Source of the DNA: Paramoeba atlantica
Taxonomy: Eukaryota; Protista; Discosea
Reading direction: 5' to 3'
DNA: 56,056 nt
Assembly: GCA_977017575.1 (NCBI GenBank)
Contig: CDRNVI010000081.1
Coordinates: 1 to 56,056 of the forward strand
The notes under the pieces are model-generated. The model had not been told where the DNA came from and ran no database searches. It saw only the letters and a list, made by a program, of their open reading frames with translations. Positions within the stretch are counted from its first letter, which is position 1. Each line of letters starts with the position of its first letter. This document shows, one piece after another, positions 1-10,915 of the stretch. The position numbers and the translations under genes were made by a program.

Positions 1-2270
1 GAACTTGGCGGACCCGTCCTGCGGATACGCGGGGGGGTCACCCCCGGGTAGGGGGGTGGAAAATGCGCGCCAAGACCCCGGCTACCCTTTCTGCGGTTTT
101 TTTTTCGAAAACTAATTTTTTCGAAAAAATTTGATCGACCATGCCCCCCCCCCCCCTGGGACCCCCCCCCCTGGACCCCCCCCCCTGGGACCCCCCCCCC
201 TGGACCCCCCCCATGGACCCCCAATTTTTTTCAAAAATTTTTTTCAGTTTTGGACCACCGGAGCCCCCTTTTATATTTTTTTCTTCTATTATATTACTGT
301 GTTCCTCTTTATATTTTCACTGTTTTTGTTCACTTTTTTTTCAATAATCGAGTGTAGAGCGGTAGTTTTACAACCACCGCAATATTCATTCTTATTTTCT
401 TTTTTAGGCTCTTCGTTAAACGCGGTGGTTGCTTTCAACTTAGAAGTCACTCATGCTGCGCGCTTCGCGTTGAAAACTACCGCCGCGTTTAACGAAGAGC
501 CTAAAAAAGAAAATTTAGCCTGGAAAACGGAAAGATTATAGCCAAAAATAGCCGAATTTCGGGTACAAATGGGGTCATTTTCGCATATTTTTGCTCTCAG
601 AGCACTAAATCCGACATTTACGCGTGGGAAATCACTCGCAGGCATGAATGAAAGCCTACCGAACGTATTGGGTAGAGAATACGACTCCAACCATACCATT
701 CTTTCGACACAAAAATGCCCCTTTAGGTCCGAAAAATACTTTTTCACCTTTTTTAGTCAAAAGTGGGTCATTTTGAGGGGCGCACCACAGTTCGAAGAAG
801 TGATACCTTGCGAAAACAACTGCGTAGAAAGCTAGTGTAGGTCCCAAACTATCAAAATACAATAGGGGAAACGATTTTGGAAAAATATTTTTTTTGTCAT
901 TTTTCTCGCCAAGTTGAATTTTTTTTCGAAAAATTTTTCCGAAAAAATCCGAACTTGGCGGACCCGTCCTGCGGATACGCGGGGGGGTCACCCCCGGGTA
1001 GGGGGGTGGAAAATGCGCGCCAAGACCCCGGCTACCCTTTCTGCGGTTTTTTTTTCGAAAACTAATTTTTTCGAAAAAATTTGATCGACCATGCCCCCCC
1101 CCCCCCTGGACCCCCCCCCCTGGACCCCCCCCCTGGACCCCCCCCCTGGACCCCCCCCCTGGACCCCCCCCATGGACCCCCATTTTTTTCAAAAATTTTT
1201 TTCAGTTTTGGACCACCGGAGCCCCCTTTTATATTTTTTTCTTCTATTATATTACTGTGTTCCTCTTTATATTTTCACTGTTTTTGTTCACTTTTTTTTC
1301 AATAATCGAGTGTAGAGCGGTAGTTTTACAACCACCGCAATATTCATTCTTATTTTCTTTTTTAGGCTCTTCGTTAAACGCGGTGGTTGCTTTCAACTTA
1401 GAAGTCACTCATGCTGCGCGCTTCGCGTTGAAAACTACCGCCGCGTTTAACGAAGAGCCTAAAAAGAAAATTTAGCCTGGAAAACGGAAAGATTATAGCC
1501 AAAAATAGCCGAATTTCGGGTACAAATGGGGTCATTTTTGCATATTTTTGCTCTCAGAGCACTAAATCCGACATTTGCGCGTGGGAAATCACTCGCAGGC
1601 ATGAATGAAAGCCTACCGAACGTATTGGGTAGAGAATACGACTCCAACCATACCATTCTTTCGACACAAAAATGCCCCTTTAGGTCCGAAAAATACTTTT
1701 TCACCTTTTTTAGTCAAAAGTGGGTCATTTTGAGGGGCGCACCACAGTTCGAAGAAGTGATACCTTGCGAAAACAACTGCGTAGAAAGCTAGTGTAGGTC
1801 CCAAACTATCAAAATACAATAGGGGAAACGATTTTGGAAAAATATTTTTTTTGTCATTTTTCTCGCCAAGTTGAATTTTTTTTCGAAAAAATTTTTCCGA
1901 AAAAATCCGAACTTGGAGGACCCGTCCTGCGGATACGCGGGGGGGTCACCCCCGGGTAGGGGGGTGGAAAATGCGCGCCAAGACCCCGGCTACCCTTTCT
2001 GCGGTTTTTTTTCGAAAACTAATTTTTTCGAAAAAAATTGATCGACCATGCCCCCCCCCCCTGGACCCCCCCCCTGGACCTCCCCCCTGGACCCCCCCCA
2101 TGGACCCCCCATTTTTTTCAAAATTTTTTTTCAGTTTTGGACCACCGGAGCCCCCTTTTATATTTTTTTCTTCTATTATATTACTGTGTTCCTCTTTATA
2201 TTTTCACTGTTTTTGTTCACTTTTTTTTCAATAATCGAGTGTAGAGCGGTAGTTTTACAACCACCGCAAT
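1..2270 (+). repeat. Tandem array (~2.4 units, period ~950-958 bp) of a ~0.9-kb hairpin-ended repeat
   Basis: GAACTTGG(C/A)GGACCCGTCCTGCGG recurs at 1, 951 and 1909. Units are near-identical except for copy number of the internal GGACCCCCCCCCT motif. The array ends at CAACCACCGCAAT (2270). Confidence 0.97.
394..514. repeat. ~120-bp imperfect palindrome at the start of the 0.9-kb unit (second copy 1352-1471)
   Basis: ATTTTCTTTTTTAGGCTCTTCGTTAAACGCGG... (394-439) is the inverted complement of ...CCGCGTTTAACGAAGAGCCTAAAAAAGAAAAT (469-514), with a ~30-nt loop. Confidence 0.95.
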
Positions 2271-2675
2271 TTCTTTGGTAGAACGAACTGAGGCGAACTA
2301 TCTACGGGAACTATTAGGTGACACTCATGCCTAAACCATTAGCACACATTACCAGCGCAACGGTGATATTTAATCAATAGCTCTATACAAAAGAAAAAAA
2401 ACCGAAACATTCGAACGGTTTTTTTGCTGACTGTAGGTTCACCTTTTGTTGCCCTTTTTTTCGATGTTGGCATTCACTTATGTCGATTTTTGCATGGTCT
2501 TATATCGATGTTTGCATGCCGATGTGCTAGTCGAGAGAGTTCATGCTAATCGAGCAGCTTCATGAATTGTACTAAGAGTTAAAGTAATTGGGAAAGTCTC
2601 AGCTGAGCTGGTAAGTATAGAAGTAAGTGAGCTTCTGTTGCTTGCAAAAGATATAGTTTAGAATCTTTGCCAGTT

Positions 2676-2790
2676 TGTTCCAGGATAGTATACCCATGCC
2701 CACTTAGTATACCTACTAGGTATACTAAGTGGCCATGGGACAGGCTACGAGGTATGCTAAGTGGGTATGGATATCCTGGAACATGGTTTA
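2676..2790. repeat. Nested inverted repeat (MITE-like); related solo arm at 10486-10530
   Basis: Perfect 14-bp stem CACTTAGTATACCT/AGGTATACTAAGTG inside an outer imperfect IR TGTTCCAGGATA.../...TATCCTGGAACA. Confidence 0.8.
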
Positions 2791-3399
2791 GTAAAAATTT
2801 TAAGTAAAATTCCACTAAGATACATACTTTTTTTCCTGTATCGGAAAAAAAACAAAAAAACACCTTAAAATTTCACCCAAAAATATAGGTTCAAAAAACA
2901 TCGATTTAGAGTATTTTTCCGTGGTTACGCAGAGAGGTTCCCCTTTTATGCAAAAGAAATTAGTAGAAAGCTTGCCCATAGCTTTCACGATGTTTGTCCC
3001 ATTTTTCGATCATGGGTCTGTAGGTTGAAATCACAAGGGCCTTCAACCGCAATAAATCGCCCACATTGTTGCTCAGTCGGTTAAAAAATGCTTTTTTGGA
3101 ATTTGAGAGGAAAAAATACGAAAACACGAAAAATTTACATTTTTAAAAATGTTGCACAATAAAAAATGAGATGTACCCAAAAATTAGATGTACCCATCGA
3201 AACGACCTCTTCACATGGTAGTTCGGATGAGTACTGTAAGTTTCTGTGAGTCGCTGTGAGTTATTAATAATATTTTGACCCTTTTTTGAATTCAATTTTA
3301 AATATTCCTATGCCTTGTAATATTCCTATATCCTCTTAACATTCCTACCAGGAATATTAACCCGAACAGGGGTTAAATTTGAAAACTTTGGATGTGTAA

Positions 3400-3583
3400 A
3401 CCCAGGCTAAAGTGGACGAGGGAGATGCCAATAGTGCAGGTGCGGAAGTTTCCCACAGGAAAACGGTATCTCCCTTATGACATGAGAGCGTGCAGGGGCA
3501 TGCAAAGGTGGAAATACCGTTTTCCTGTCGGAAATTGCCGCACCTGCACTGTTGGTATCTCCCTAGTCCACTTCAGCCTGGGT
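3400..3583. repeat. ~184-bp foldback hairpin with ~70-bp arms (MITE-like)
   Basis: ACCCAGGCTAAAGTGGACGAGGGAGATGCCAATAGTGCAGGTGCGG...GGAAAACGGTAT pairs with ATACCGTTTTCC...CCGCACCTGCACTGTTGGTATCTCCCTAGTCCACTTCAGCCTGGGT. Confidence 0.9.
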
Positions 3584-3734
3584 ATAAAATTTGTCCAATG
3601 GTCCAATGGGGCTTGGCGATCCCAGTCTCCCAAGCTAACACACGTAGTAAGTCAACGAAACAAGACGCTAAAGAACTAGGGTAAGTCATATCAGAGAGCA
3701 ATAGAAAATCATGAGAAAATGAGGAGAAGTGTGC

Positions 3735-6269
3735 TCATGAAGTGAGCTTAGTTAAGACACTTTTTAGCACATGGGCCATTCCTGCTCTAACGCTTTTTTC
3801 CACCATCAGTTGTAGATGCGAACGATACAGAATTCCACTTAACCATAGTGGGGACCCAGGCTCGGTCTTTGTACTTTCCGTAACAGAAGTTTCATCCTTT
3901 TCTCCCCAAGAGAATTCGCCTACCTCTCGAAATTTCTCAGGAAGAGCCTCGTGCGAGAGCTCCAATGAAATCCACACAGGACCGGGGGAACAGCAGGAAT
4001 CAAAATCCTCTTCACCCGGTCCGCACAACAACCTTTCGTCCTGCAAAAGAGTGAGCATTTGCGCCGGTTTCTGCAAACGTACCACACGACGCTGGTCCGT
4101 GTGGGGGGCTACCCAACGAGCTGCCTCAAAGGTAGGACGCCAGGAAAAAGCTTCATAACCTTGGTGCACGTTTGATTTGTACAATATCCCCCCCTCTGTT
4201 TCCGAACGCTCCTTGATAGAGGTAGGTGGCAATTGTTTGTCTACTGTCGTTACCTCCCTTTCGCCAAGCTTCGTGTTTGTCCCCTCCACTTCTTTTTCTC
4301 GCCCTTCTTTTCTTTTTTCATTGATTTGGAACGCACGAACCCCACACATGGTGATCACCTCCTTGGCCCCTTTATACACCCAGGCATGAAGCATCACATA
4401 GGTGCTAAGGGTAAGGCACATCACCCTTTTGGGTTCCGAGGGAGTGTGGTCGGTGCCATGTACGACGAGACAAAGCCCCTGTTCGTGTCGTAGTCTCACG
4501 GCATCAAGGCCATAGAAATGTTGAAAATAGTGAATCTCGGATTCGGTGAGATCCCGGTACCGTCGGTACCCACCCCAGTGACCGTAAGGGGTGGTTTTAA
4601 AAACAGAAAGAGGAGTCACGGTGGAAGGAGAAACCGATGGAGTACTATCGGAGCCATTGGACAAACCAAATGGGGGACAAGGCTCTGTGTATCTTCTCCT
4701 TTTTTCGTTTCGCACTTCAGGAGAGGAAGGAGGGCAGGTTTCGCCCCCCTCCGAAACCTCCTGCGCGTTGCGCACAAAAAGGGCGAGAAAAAACCCGCCC
4801 GTGTTCTGGGTGTGCGGTAACACCCGACCACACATTCTAACCACTTCGTGGTAGCTCGGCGCATTCTTTTCACAATCCTCCCATTTGGCGTTTTCATCCT
4901 CTTTATCCGCTATTCTATCCTTTCCAGCCTCCTTTGGCACCGCGAATTTCACATGCGGCAGCATTTCCCGCACATTGACCAGCCTCACCGATAAAAACGA
5001 GCGTTTCACCTCTTGCAACACCTTCCACACCACCTCCTCGTTCTCTACCGGATTCATACTACACGTGCTGTACACCAGCACCCCCCTCTCCTGCAGTCTC
5101 TCCAGTCCCCTCCTCAAGATCTCTTGCTGTGTTTTTTGTAAATTTTTTCCATACCCTTCCTCCCATCTCGGGAGCACCGTATTGTCCTTTCGTGTGGTCC
5201 CGTCTCCGGAACATGGCACGTCACACAGAATGCTCGAAAATTTGATAAAACATTTTAAAAGAGTAGAATATAAAAAAGGAAAACGACGAGCGTCCCCGCG
5301 GGTACAAAACACCCACGGGCTCTGGGCTCTTTTGAGTCGAGCCGGGAGAAGCTGTGTCGCCTTGGTGTGGTCTTTTTCGTTGCACACCAAGACACCCTTT
5401 TTTTGAATTCCCAAAAGAGAATCTAAAAAATGAAGGGATTTGGATCCCGGAGAGGCGCAAAGGTCGAGGGAAAAGGAATAGAGAAAAGAAGCAGGAAGAG
5501 AGGGCGTTTTTGTGTTTGGAGAGGAAGGTAGAGGGAAAAGATCGTTTTTTTCGGAGAGCGGATGAAATGCAGATGTGCTGAAATTCGAATCCTCCCTTTT
5601 TACGTCTATCGAAGAAGACACAGATAATGGATGGCTTTTTTCAAGGGGAGAGGAATGTCCGGAAATAAGATGATTCGAAGGACTTGTTTTTGTACCCATT
5701 GGAGAAGGCACCGACGAAACATCCCCTTTTTCAGGGGAAGAATTATCTCCGGAAGTAGGACGCTCCGAATCATCTACTTTCGTCTCCATCGAAGTGGGCC
5801 CGGACAAACCATAAGTCGATGGCAGCTCCGATAAGGAACGAGTAGCGGAGAGCAGTAAGTTCACCGGTAACATTGAGACGGCCTCCTGAAATGTCAACAG
5901 ACCGGCACTGTGGAGTGTAGTCACCGTTTCATGGGTGTTGGGTTCGTCAAACTTTGTGTTGCTACAAGAAACGGCATGGGAAGGGAAGACACAACAAAGC
6001 GGCGTCAGATGGTGCGTCTGGACAAGGATGTGACACACGAGCCAGTGCCAGGGATGGGAGAGGGTCAGACGAGCGGTCATGGGGAGCGGCTCCGTGAGCA
6101 TGTGGAGAAAGTTTTCCCAATCGGCAGGAAAGTGGATAAAGTGGTCCAGAACGGTTCGGTAGTACGACAGAAAAGACTCCGAGGGGGCGACCACAGCGGT
6201 GTTGCGACGGCGTGAAAGACGTTCGTCTCGCTGAGAGGCGTAGAGGGAAGGGGTGCTCTCGGAAGCCAT
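3735..6269 (-). CDS. NSUN2: NOL1/NOP2/Sun-family RNA (cytosine-5)-methyltransferase, NSUN2/Trm4-like, 844 aa
   Basis: Ordered RCMT motifs LDLCASPGSKS (I), LCDVPCSGDG (IV), YSTCSMNPVENE (VI) and PHTQNTGGFF (VIII). Intron-less, with a Ser/Pro-rich insertion before motif I. Confidence 0.92.
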   Translation of the reverse strand: MASESTPSLYASQRDERLSRRRNTAVVAPSESFLSYYRTVLDHFIHFPADWENFLHMLTEPLPMTARLTLSHPWHWLVCHILVQTHHLTPLCCVFPSHAVSCSNTKFDEPNTHETVTTLHSAGLLTFQEAVSMLPVNLLLSATRSLSELPSTYGLSGPTSMETKVDDSERPTSGDNSSPEKGDVSSVPSPMGTKTSPSNHLISGHSSPLEKSHPLSVSSSIDVKREDSNFSTSAFHPLSEKNDLFPLPSSPNTKTPSLPASFLYSFSLDLCASPGSKSLHFLDSLLGIQKKGVLVCNEKDHTKATQLLPARLKRAQSPWVFCTRGDARRFPFLYSTLLKCFIKFSSILCDVPCSGDGTTRKDNTVLPRWEEGYGKNLQKTQQEILRRGLERLQERGVLVYSTCSMNPVENEEVVWKVLQEVKRSFLSVRLVNVREMLPHVKFAVPKEAGKDRIADKEDENAKWEDCEKNAPSYHEVVRMCGRVLPHTQNTGGFFLALFVRNAQEVSEGGETCPPSSPEVRNEKRRRYTEPCPPFGLSNGSDSTPSVSPSTVTPLSVFKTTPYGHWGGYRRYRDLTESEIHYFQHFYGLDAVRLRHEQGLCLVVHGTDHTPSEPKRVMCLTLSTYVMLHAWVYKGAKEVITMCGVRAFQINEKRKEGREKEVEGTNTKLGEREVTTVDKQLPPTSIKERSETEGGILYKSNVHQGYEAFSWRPTFEAARWVAPHTDQRRVVRLQKPAQMLTLLQDERLLCGPGEEDFDSCCSPGPVWISLELSHEALPEKFREVGEFSWGEKDETSVTESTKTEPGSPLWLSGILYRSHLQLMVEKSVRAGMAHVLKSVLTKLTS

Positions 6270-6495
6270 TTTATGGAGATCCCAGAAAGGTTTCTTACGG
6301 AGTGTAGTTTGAAACTATTTTTGTAGACTTCAATTTTTTTGAGTGACCCAAGAAATACGAAAATGTAGCTTTTGTTCTTATTAGCGAAATGATTCCTGCA
6401 AAAATATCCGGCAAAAAAGTACCCTAAATTGACCCTTTTTTTGAGAAAAAAAAGATTTTTTGTTTTGTTTTGTTTTTCGTATTTTTGAGTACATA

Positions 6496-7244
6496 CAGGG
6501 GTGAAAACTTCCATCTGGGGGGGGTCTAAATTTTGTTAAAATTGTCTAATTTTGGAACACAATAGCGCATTGGAGAGCTCTCGCAGAGTTGTATGTCTTT
6601 GGCGTATTCAGAACGCTCGACTTGAAAGATTTAATCCGATGAGAAAAAAAGATAGTTTTTTTCTTGTTAAAATATGGCAGTTTTTAATTTTTCCCCCATT
6701 TTACGCCCCGAAAGCGAGTTTGTTCAAGGACTTCTTCTGGTATTTTGAACGCCCGTTCCTATGCTTTGGCAGGAATGATTAAATAACACCAAAGGATGCT
6801 TCTTGTGGCAGACTTCGGGAAAACACAGTTTTATTCCCAGACTTACCGAAGTGTTTGGGTCCACTAGGGAACTGTGAAACTCTGGGTGGAGCGATTCATG
6901 TTTTTTTACGATAAACTTCAGACAAAGGACAAAAATTTGAGAATACGTTAAAAAACTTTAGAAAACGTTGTAGAATCATTGTAGAAAAGGAGGGTGCATA
7001 TTGTGGATGCTTCACCGGTTTTAAAATAATGTTTCCTGAAAGTATCTGAGATTTTTAATTTTTTCTTTAAGTGACAATTCGCTTTTTTAGCCTATTCCAT
7101 ATTTGTAATTCTAATTTGATATGTTAAAAGCTACCAGTGCAAAGACATACAACTCTGCGAGAGCTCTCCAATGCGCTATTAATTTCCGAAATTGAAAAGT
7201 TTTTGCAAATTTTAGACCCCCCCAGATGGAAGTTTTCACCCCTG
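6496..7244. mobile_element. Tc1/mariner-type MITE, 749 bp, ~105-bp TIRs, TA TSD
   Basis: TA|CAGGGGTGAAAACTTCCATCTGGGGGGGGTCTAAA ... TTTAGACCCCCCCAGATGGAAGTTTTCACCCCTG|TA. The inner TIR block GAGAGCTCTCGCAGAGTTGTATGTCTTT is also mirrored. Confidence 0.92.
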
Positions 7245-7877
7245 TATGTTAGGCGGAAACAACGTCAAATCAAGTGTCCCGGTAAGACGATTTTCGCAAA
7301 GGTTCACGCTTTGCATACTAGCCGGAAGACTCGTCAAACATACAGTTCCATTGAATCTGTTGCTATGCAAAGTTAAATCTTCGAAGCAGTAAGGAAGAGA
7401 AGTCAAGTCCAACTCGCCTGCAAACCGATTTTCGTACAGAGCTAGTGATCGCAGTTCCGAAGGCAAGCGCGTGAGAGGCACTGTCCCTTCTAGCGCGCTC
7501 CCAGGCACATCAAAATTGTTCAGACTATGTGGGAGATGAACCAAGTTCATAGTACCTGACAAATCTAGTACGGACCATCTCACGTGGCTGACTTCTTGCC
7601 GCTCGTTACAACTCACACCTTTCCACTCGCATGCTGGCGTGTGAAGACTCCACGATTCGTCCAAGTTGTGGACTTTCTCGAGGAGACGAACGAGTTGATA
7701 CTCCTGAGGTAAATTCGCAGCGCTCACTTTGGCAATACGCGATCTCGTCTTTGTAGTTTCGTCAGCAGAATGAGTGTTCGAAGGTATTGGGCTTTCGGCT
7801 TTACGTCGTTTAGTCGACGGTTCCTGAATATCCGAACATGTGAGCCGCACGATAGTGCGTAGGGTTAAGCGCAGCAT
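7236..7877 (-). pseudogene. Leucine-rich-repeat protein, 3'-truncated by the MITE
   Basis: CEWKGVSC N-cap followed by ~23-aa repeats (LPSELRSLALYENRFAGELDLTS). The ORF runs into the MITE TIR and stops there. Confidence 0.85.
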
Positions 7878-8315
7878 GTAAAGTAAGAAAGCAATTTATA
7901 TTATGAAAGTTAATTTATTTTTAGACATTGTTTTTAGTGTTTTATACCGCGGTGTTCGGAGACATTTCTCAAAGTACCTACTTTTTTTGAACTACACGGA
8001 ACTTTCGAAATTGTTGCACAATAGAGAATGGTTCTCGCCACACACAACATCGCCACAAAAAGTGAAAATACGAAAAGATATCGCAGTGTCTCGCTTTTGC
8101 TCGATCGTAAGATTTATTTCGAAATGGAAGCTACGCCAGTAGAAAAGAAGTTACACCTCAGCATAAGATGGATACCTGGACATCAAAATGCTGCAGAACC
8201 ACAGTCTCGTAACAGCGACATTGCATCAAGTCGTAATACGAGTAACATGAGGAATAGCTCGAACAGAAATAGATTTACGACGCTGTCTTAATAAACCAGA
8301 TTCCGACCCCAGTGA

Positions 8316-9109
8316 AATAAACCCCCGCTCACGAAAAGTGACCCCCCTCTTTTTTTTCGTACAAATGTCCGTTTGAGCTGATTTTTGTTGCATTTTGCAG
8401 ATCCCAGCACAAGGACTTTGCGCGTGAAGAAATGAGACAAAAAGAAACGAATACTCACAATTTAGAGAAGAATTACCATTTTGACACTTTTTCGCCCTTC
8501 AATCTTATACACTCCTTAAGTCGAGAATCAAAACTTAATACTGTTTTGTCGATCACTTTTTGAGTTAAAGAAGACCATGCTTTACGTACACATCGGATAA
8601 GTGAAGGTTTGTCCGATGGCGTTTGTTCGTCTACCGCCTCTTGGACCATAGACCAGACGTTTTCTATGGGGGAAAGGTCGGGCGAGTTGGGGGGCCAGTT
8701 TCTTAGAACATCACTCATTCGATTCTCAATATACTCTTTGGAGGCACGTTGCCCCATCCTGTTGAAATACACTACTAGGGGTGAAATCTACCTGTTTTAA
8801 TGTTTCTATGTACGTCTCACTTGAAATAGATGTGTCATTTCGTAGAATAACCAAATACCTCCACCCCACTCCTACAGCACCCCAAACTTGGCATCTTGGT
8901 GCCCAACGTACTTTTTGACGCCGGGCTGCTTTTATCCTTCTAGAGACGTTAAAATCACGGGATAATTGTTTTATCGGAACACCTTCTCCCTGTCTCATCT
9001 TCAAAAGAACCTTACCACTATCCGTAAGCCCCCCTTTTGGGAGCCGATATGGTGATTTGGTCATTTTTGGAAAAAAAAGTTTTCACTTATTCGTGAGCGG
9101 GGGTTTATT
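8316..9109 (-). mobile_element. Internally deleted Tc1/IS630-like element (transposase remnants 8473-9064)
   Basis: 20-bp IR AATAAACCCCCGCTCACGAA (8316-8335 / 9090-9109). Remnant motifs QVWGAV, VFQQDGA and WPPNSPDLSPIENVW across a frameshift; the first catalytic D region is missing. Confidence 0.88.
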
Positions 9110-9127
9110 AGACATCAGGTTCATATA

Positions 9128-9478
9128 CTGTACCCCCCCGTTATTTGTCACACGTCACCTCACTAGATCTCACTTTTTGGCTATTCAAAAAAAATCCGTC
9201 GACTACCCCACGTTATGTTTCACTTTCTCGGTGATTTTTTTCCAAAATAATCTTAAACAGAAACTTACAATTTTTCTTTTTGTGTTTTTTGAGCGAATGA
9301 TAGTGCGGGGTGCTATTATATCGCTTCTGTAATTCCATGATCTAACTTTTTTGTGACAGCCCCCCCTAGTGATCTGTCGCACTTTTACCTCCTAGTTATT
9401 AGTCACACCTTAGTTACCCCCCCTACTTATCTGTCACCTTTTCACCAAAAGTAGTGACAGATACCTAGGGGGGTACAG
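9128..9478. mobile_element. CTGTACCCCCC-ended MITE (same family as 30762-31864)
   Basis: TA|CTGTACCCCCCCGTTATTTGTCAC ... GTGACAGATACCTAGGGGGGTACAG|CA, with internal repeats of CCCCCCTA(G/C)TTATCTGTCAC. Confidence 0.75.
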
Positions 9479-10139
9479 CAGCATGCAGCTAAATGACCAA
9501 CAGCAAAGCCAGAGAAATTAACACTACACGAGCATTAGACATTGCTCGCTAATCTACGATTCATTGTATAGTGTTGGTCTAGATACAATCTAGATAGTGG
9601 TTAGTCTACTGGAACAGTAGCGGAGGTATGCCTCCGTGATGTTGGCCTAGACCGAGACACCCGCTAGTAAGACATGCCAATTGGTGCAAAAAAAATGCAC
9701 AGTGACTGGAAAGAAGTAATAGGAACAGTGGAGCACAAGGAAGAATATCTTGCTATAAAAGATAAAATGTATGATCATGCAGACAAGATAAAAAGTTAGC
9801 ATCTGAGAGAATCAGGGCATTAATATTGTCATAACGCATCCAACACGCAAGATGTGACACACGAGGACCGGAAGAACGAGCTGACGATGCCTGCGAATTA
9901 TTTAAAGAATACCATGTCTTAATTTTACCGTATTGGCCACATGTTGTACAACTTCTTAACTTTTTACCAGAGCTTGATCCTTCGCCTTGACGTGGCGCTC
10001 TGACTTAACACCCCTTTCGAGCATAAGGCCGAAGGCATGCAGGCCAAGGCCAAAAGTGTCCTTCAAGGCCCACCTCAAGGCCAGTCGGCTAAAGATCCGC
10101 GACGCAACCTTTGCGAGGCGGCCCTAGGGAAAGCTCCGC

Positions 10140-10350
10140 CCACCACGCAACTGGTCTGCATGCGGCAGATACAGAACATTCACTCCACAAAGTGGATGAA
10201 CGCGTGGCCTAACAGGCCAGAGTACTATATGCGAGACCCGCAGTGCGAGACTGCGGCCCGTCTCCGGTACTTGGTCGCCCCTACCTCGGAGCCTGAGCTC
10301 CAGTGCGTGTGCGGTGCAATCCTCCGCAACGAGGAGTTTCGAGCCCAGAG
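10140..10350 (+). pseudogene. Fragment of a CRE-like non-LTR retrotransposon (post-RT zinc-knuckle region)
   Basis: EYYMRDPQCETAARLRYLVAPTSEPELQCVCGAIL aligns by eye with EYFMRDAEWQTAMRMRYLIAPTSDPFAQCECGDIL in 36905-38107. Confidence 0.85.
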
Positions 10351-10559
10351 ATTTTTGGATAAGTCAGCCCTTTGAACAGTTTTTTCGATAAGTACGCCAC
10401 TTATCCAAAAAACCCCGATTTTGGACCAAAAATGACAGATAACTAAGGGGGGGGTCACGGTATGTCCGCTCCTGTTGCTGGGAGGGGTATACTAAGCGGG
10501 CATGGGTATACTATCCTGGAACATGGTTTATTATTTACTGTTATATGGCGCTTCTTTCT

Positions 10560-10787
10560 GGGTACAAACGTGTTTTGGAGAAAGAGACTTTTGTCGAGAA
10601 TAAAACTTGAGTTGTTGAAAATTCCAAAGGCTTTGAGTCCAAAAAAGACTTTCGCATATTTTGGTCAAAGAGTGCAAATTTTGGGAGCCCTGTCACGGCT
10701 GCAATAAAGGGCATCTTGCGAAAAAACGTCGTAGAAGGCTAGTAGAGGTCCCAAACTCTCGAAATACGATAGGGGAAACGTTTTTGT
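10560..10787 (+). repeat. Diverged partial copy of the 0.9-kb repeat
   Basis: CTTGCGAAAA...GTAGAAGGCTAGTAGAGGTCCCAAACTCTCGAAATACGATAGGGGAAACG matches array positions ~807-873. Confidence 0.75.
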
Positions 10788-10915
10788 AATTCACGGTATG
10801 CTAATTCTCAAATTAACTCAAACATTTGATTTATTTTACTGGAAACACGACATTTCGCGTTCCAACAGTCTGCCAAAGATACCGGCCTAAAGCTTCTTAT
10901 TTGAAAGAAACTAAT

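Noticed and set aside
776-785. AGGGGCGCAC plus A-tracts in a ~1-kb unit suggested integrated kinetoplast minicircles (CSB-1-like)
   Set aside because: No CSB-3/UMS (GGGGTTGGTGTA) or correctly spaced CSB-2 is visible, and the unit behaves as an inserted nuclear element with defined ends.
131-2281. Pro/Gly/Phe-rich ORFs in the tandem array (also at 30.8-31.7, 40.8-41.3 and 47.6-48.5 kb)
   Set aside because: They are translations of homopolymer tracts, and their frames change with tract length between copies, so they are not credible proteins.
2314-2325. TTAGGTGACACT resembles the SP6 promoter (vector contamination)
   Set aside because: Only 12 nt match, the ATAG end is absent and there is no other vector sequence.
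3742-6215. Plus-strand ORFs overlapping the methyltransferase gene
   Set aside because: Antisense shadows of a well-supported CDS, with no motifs.
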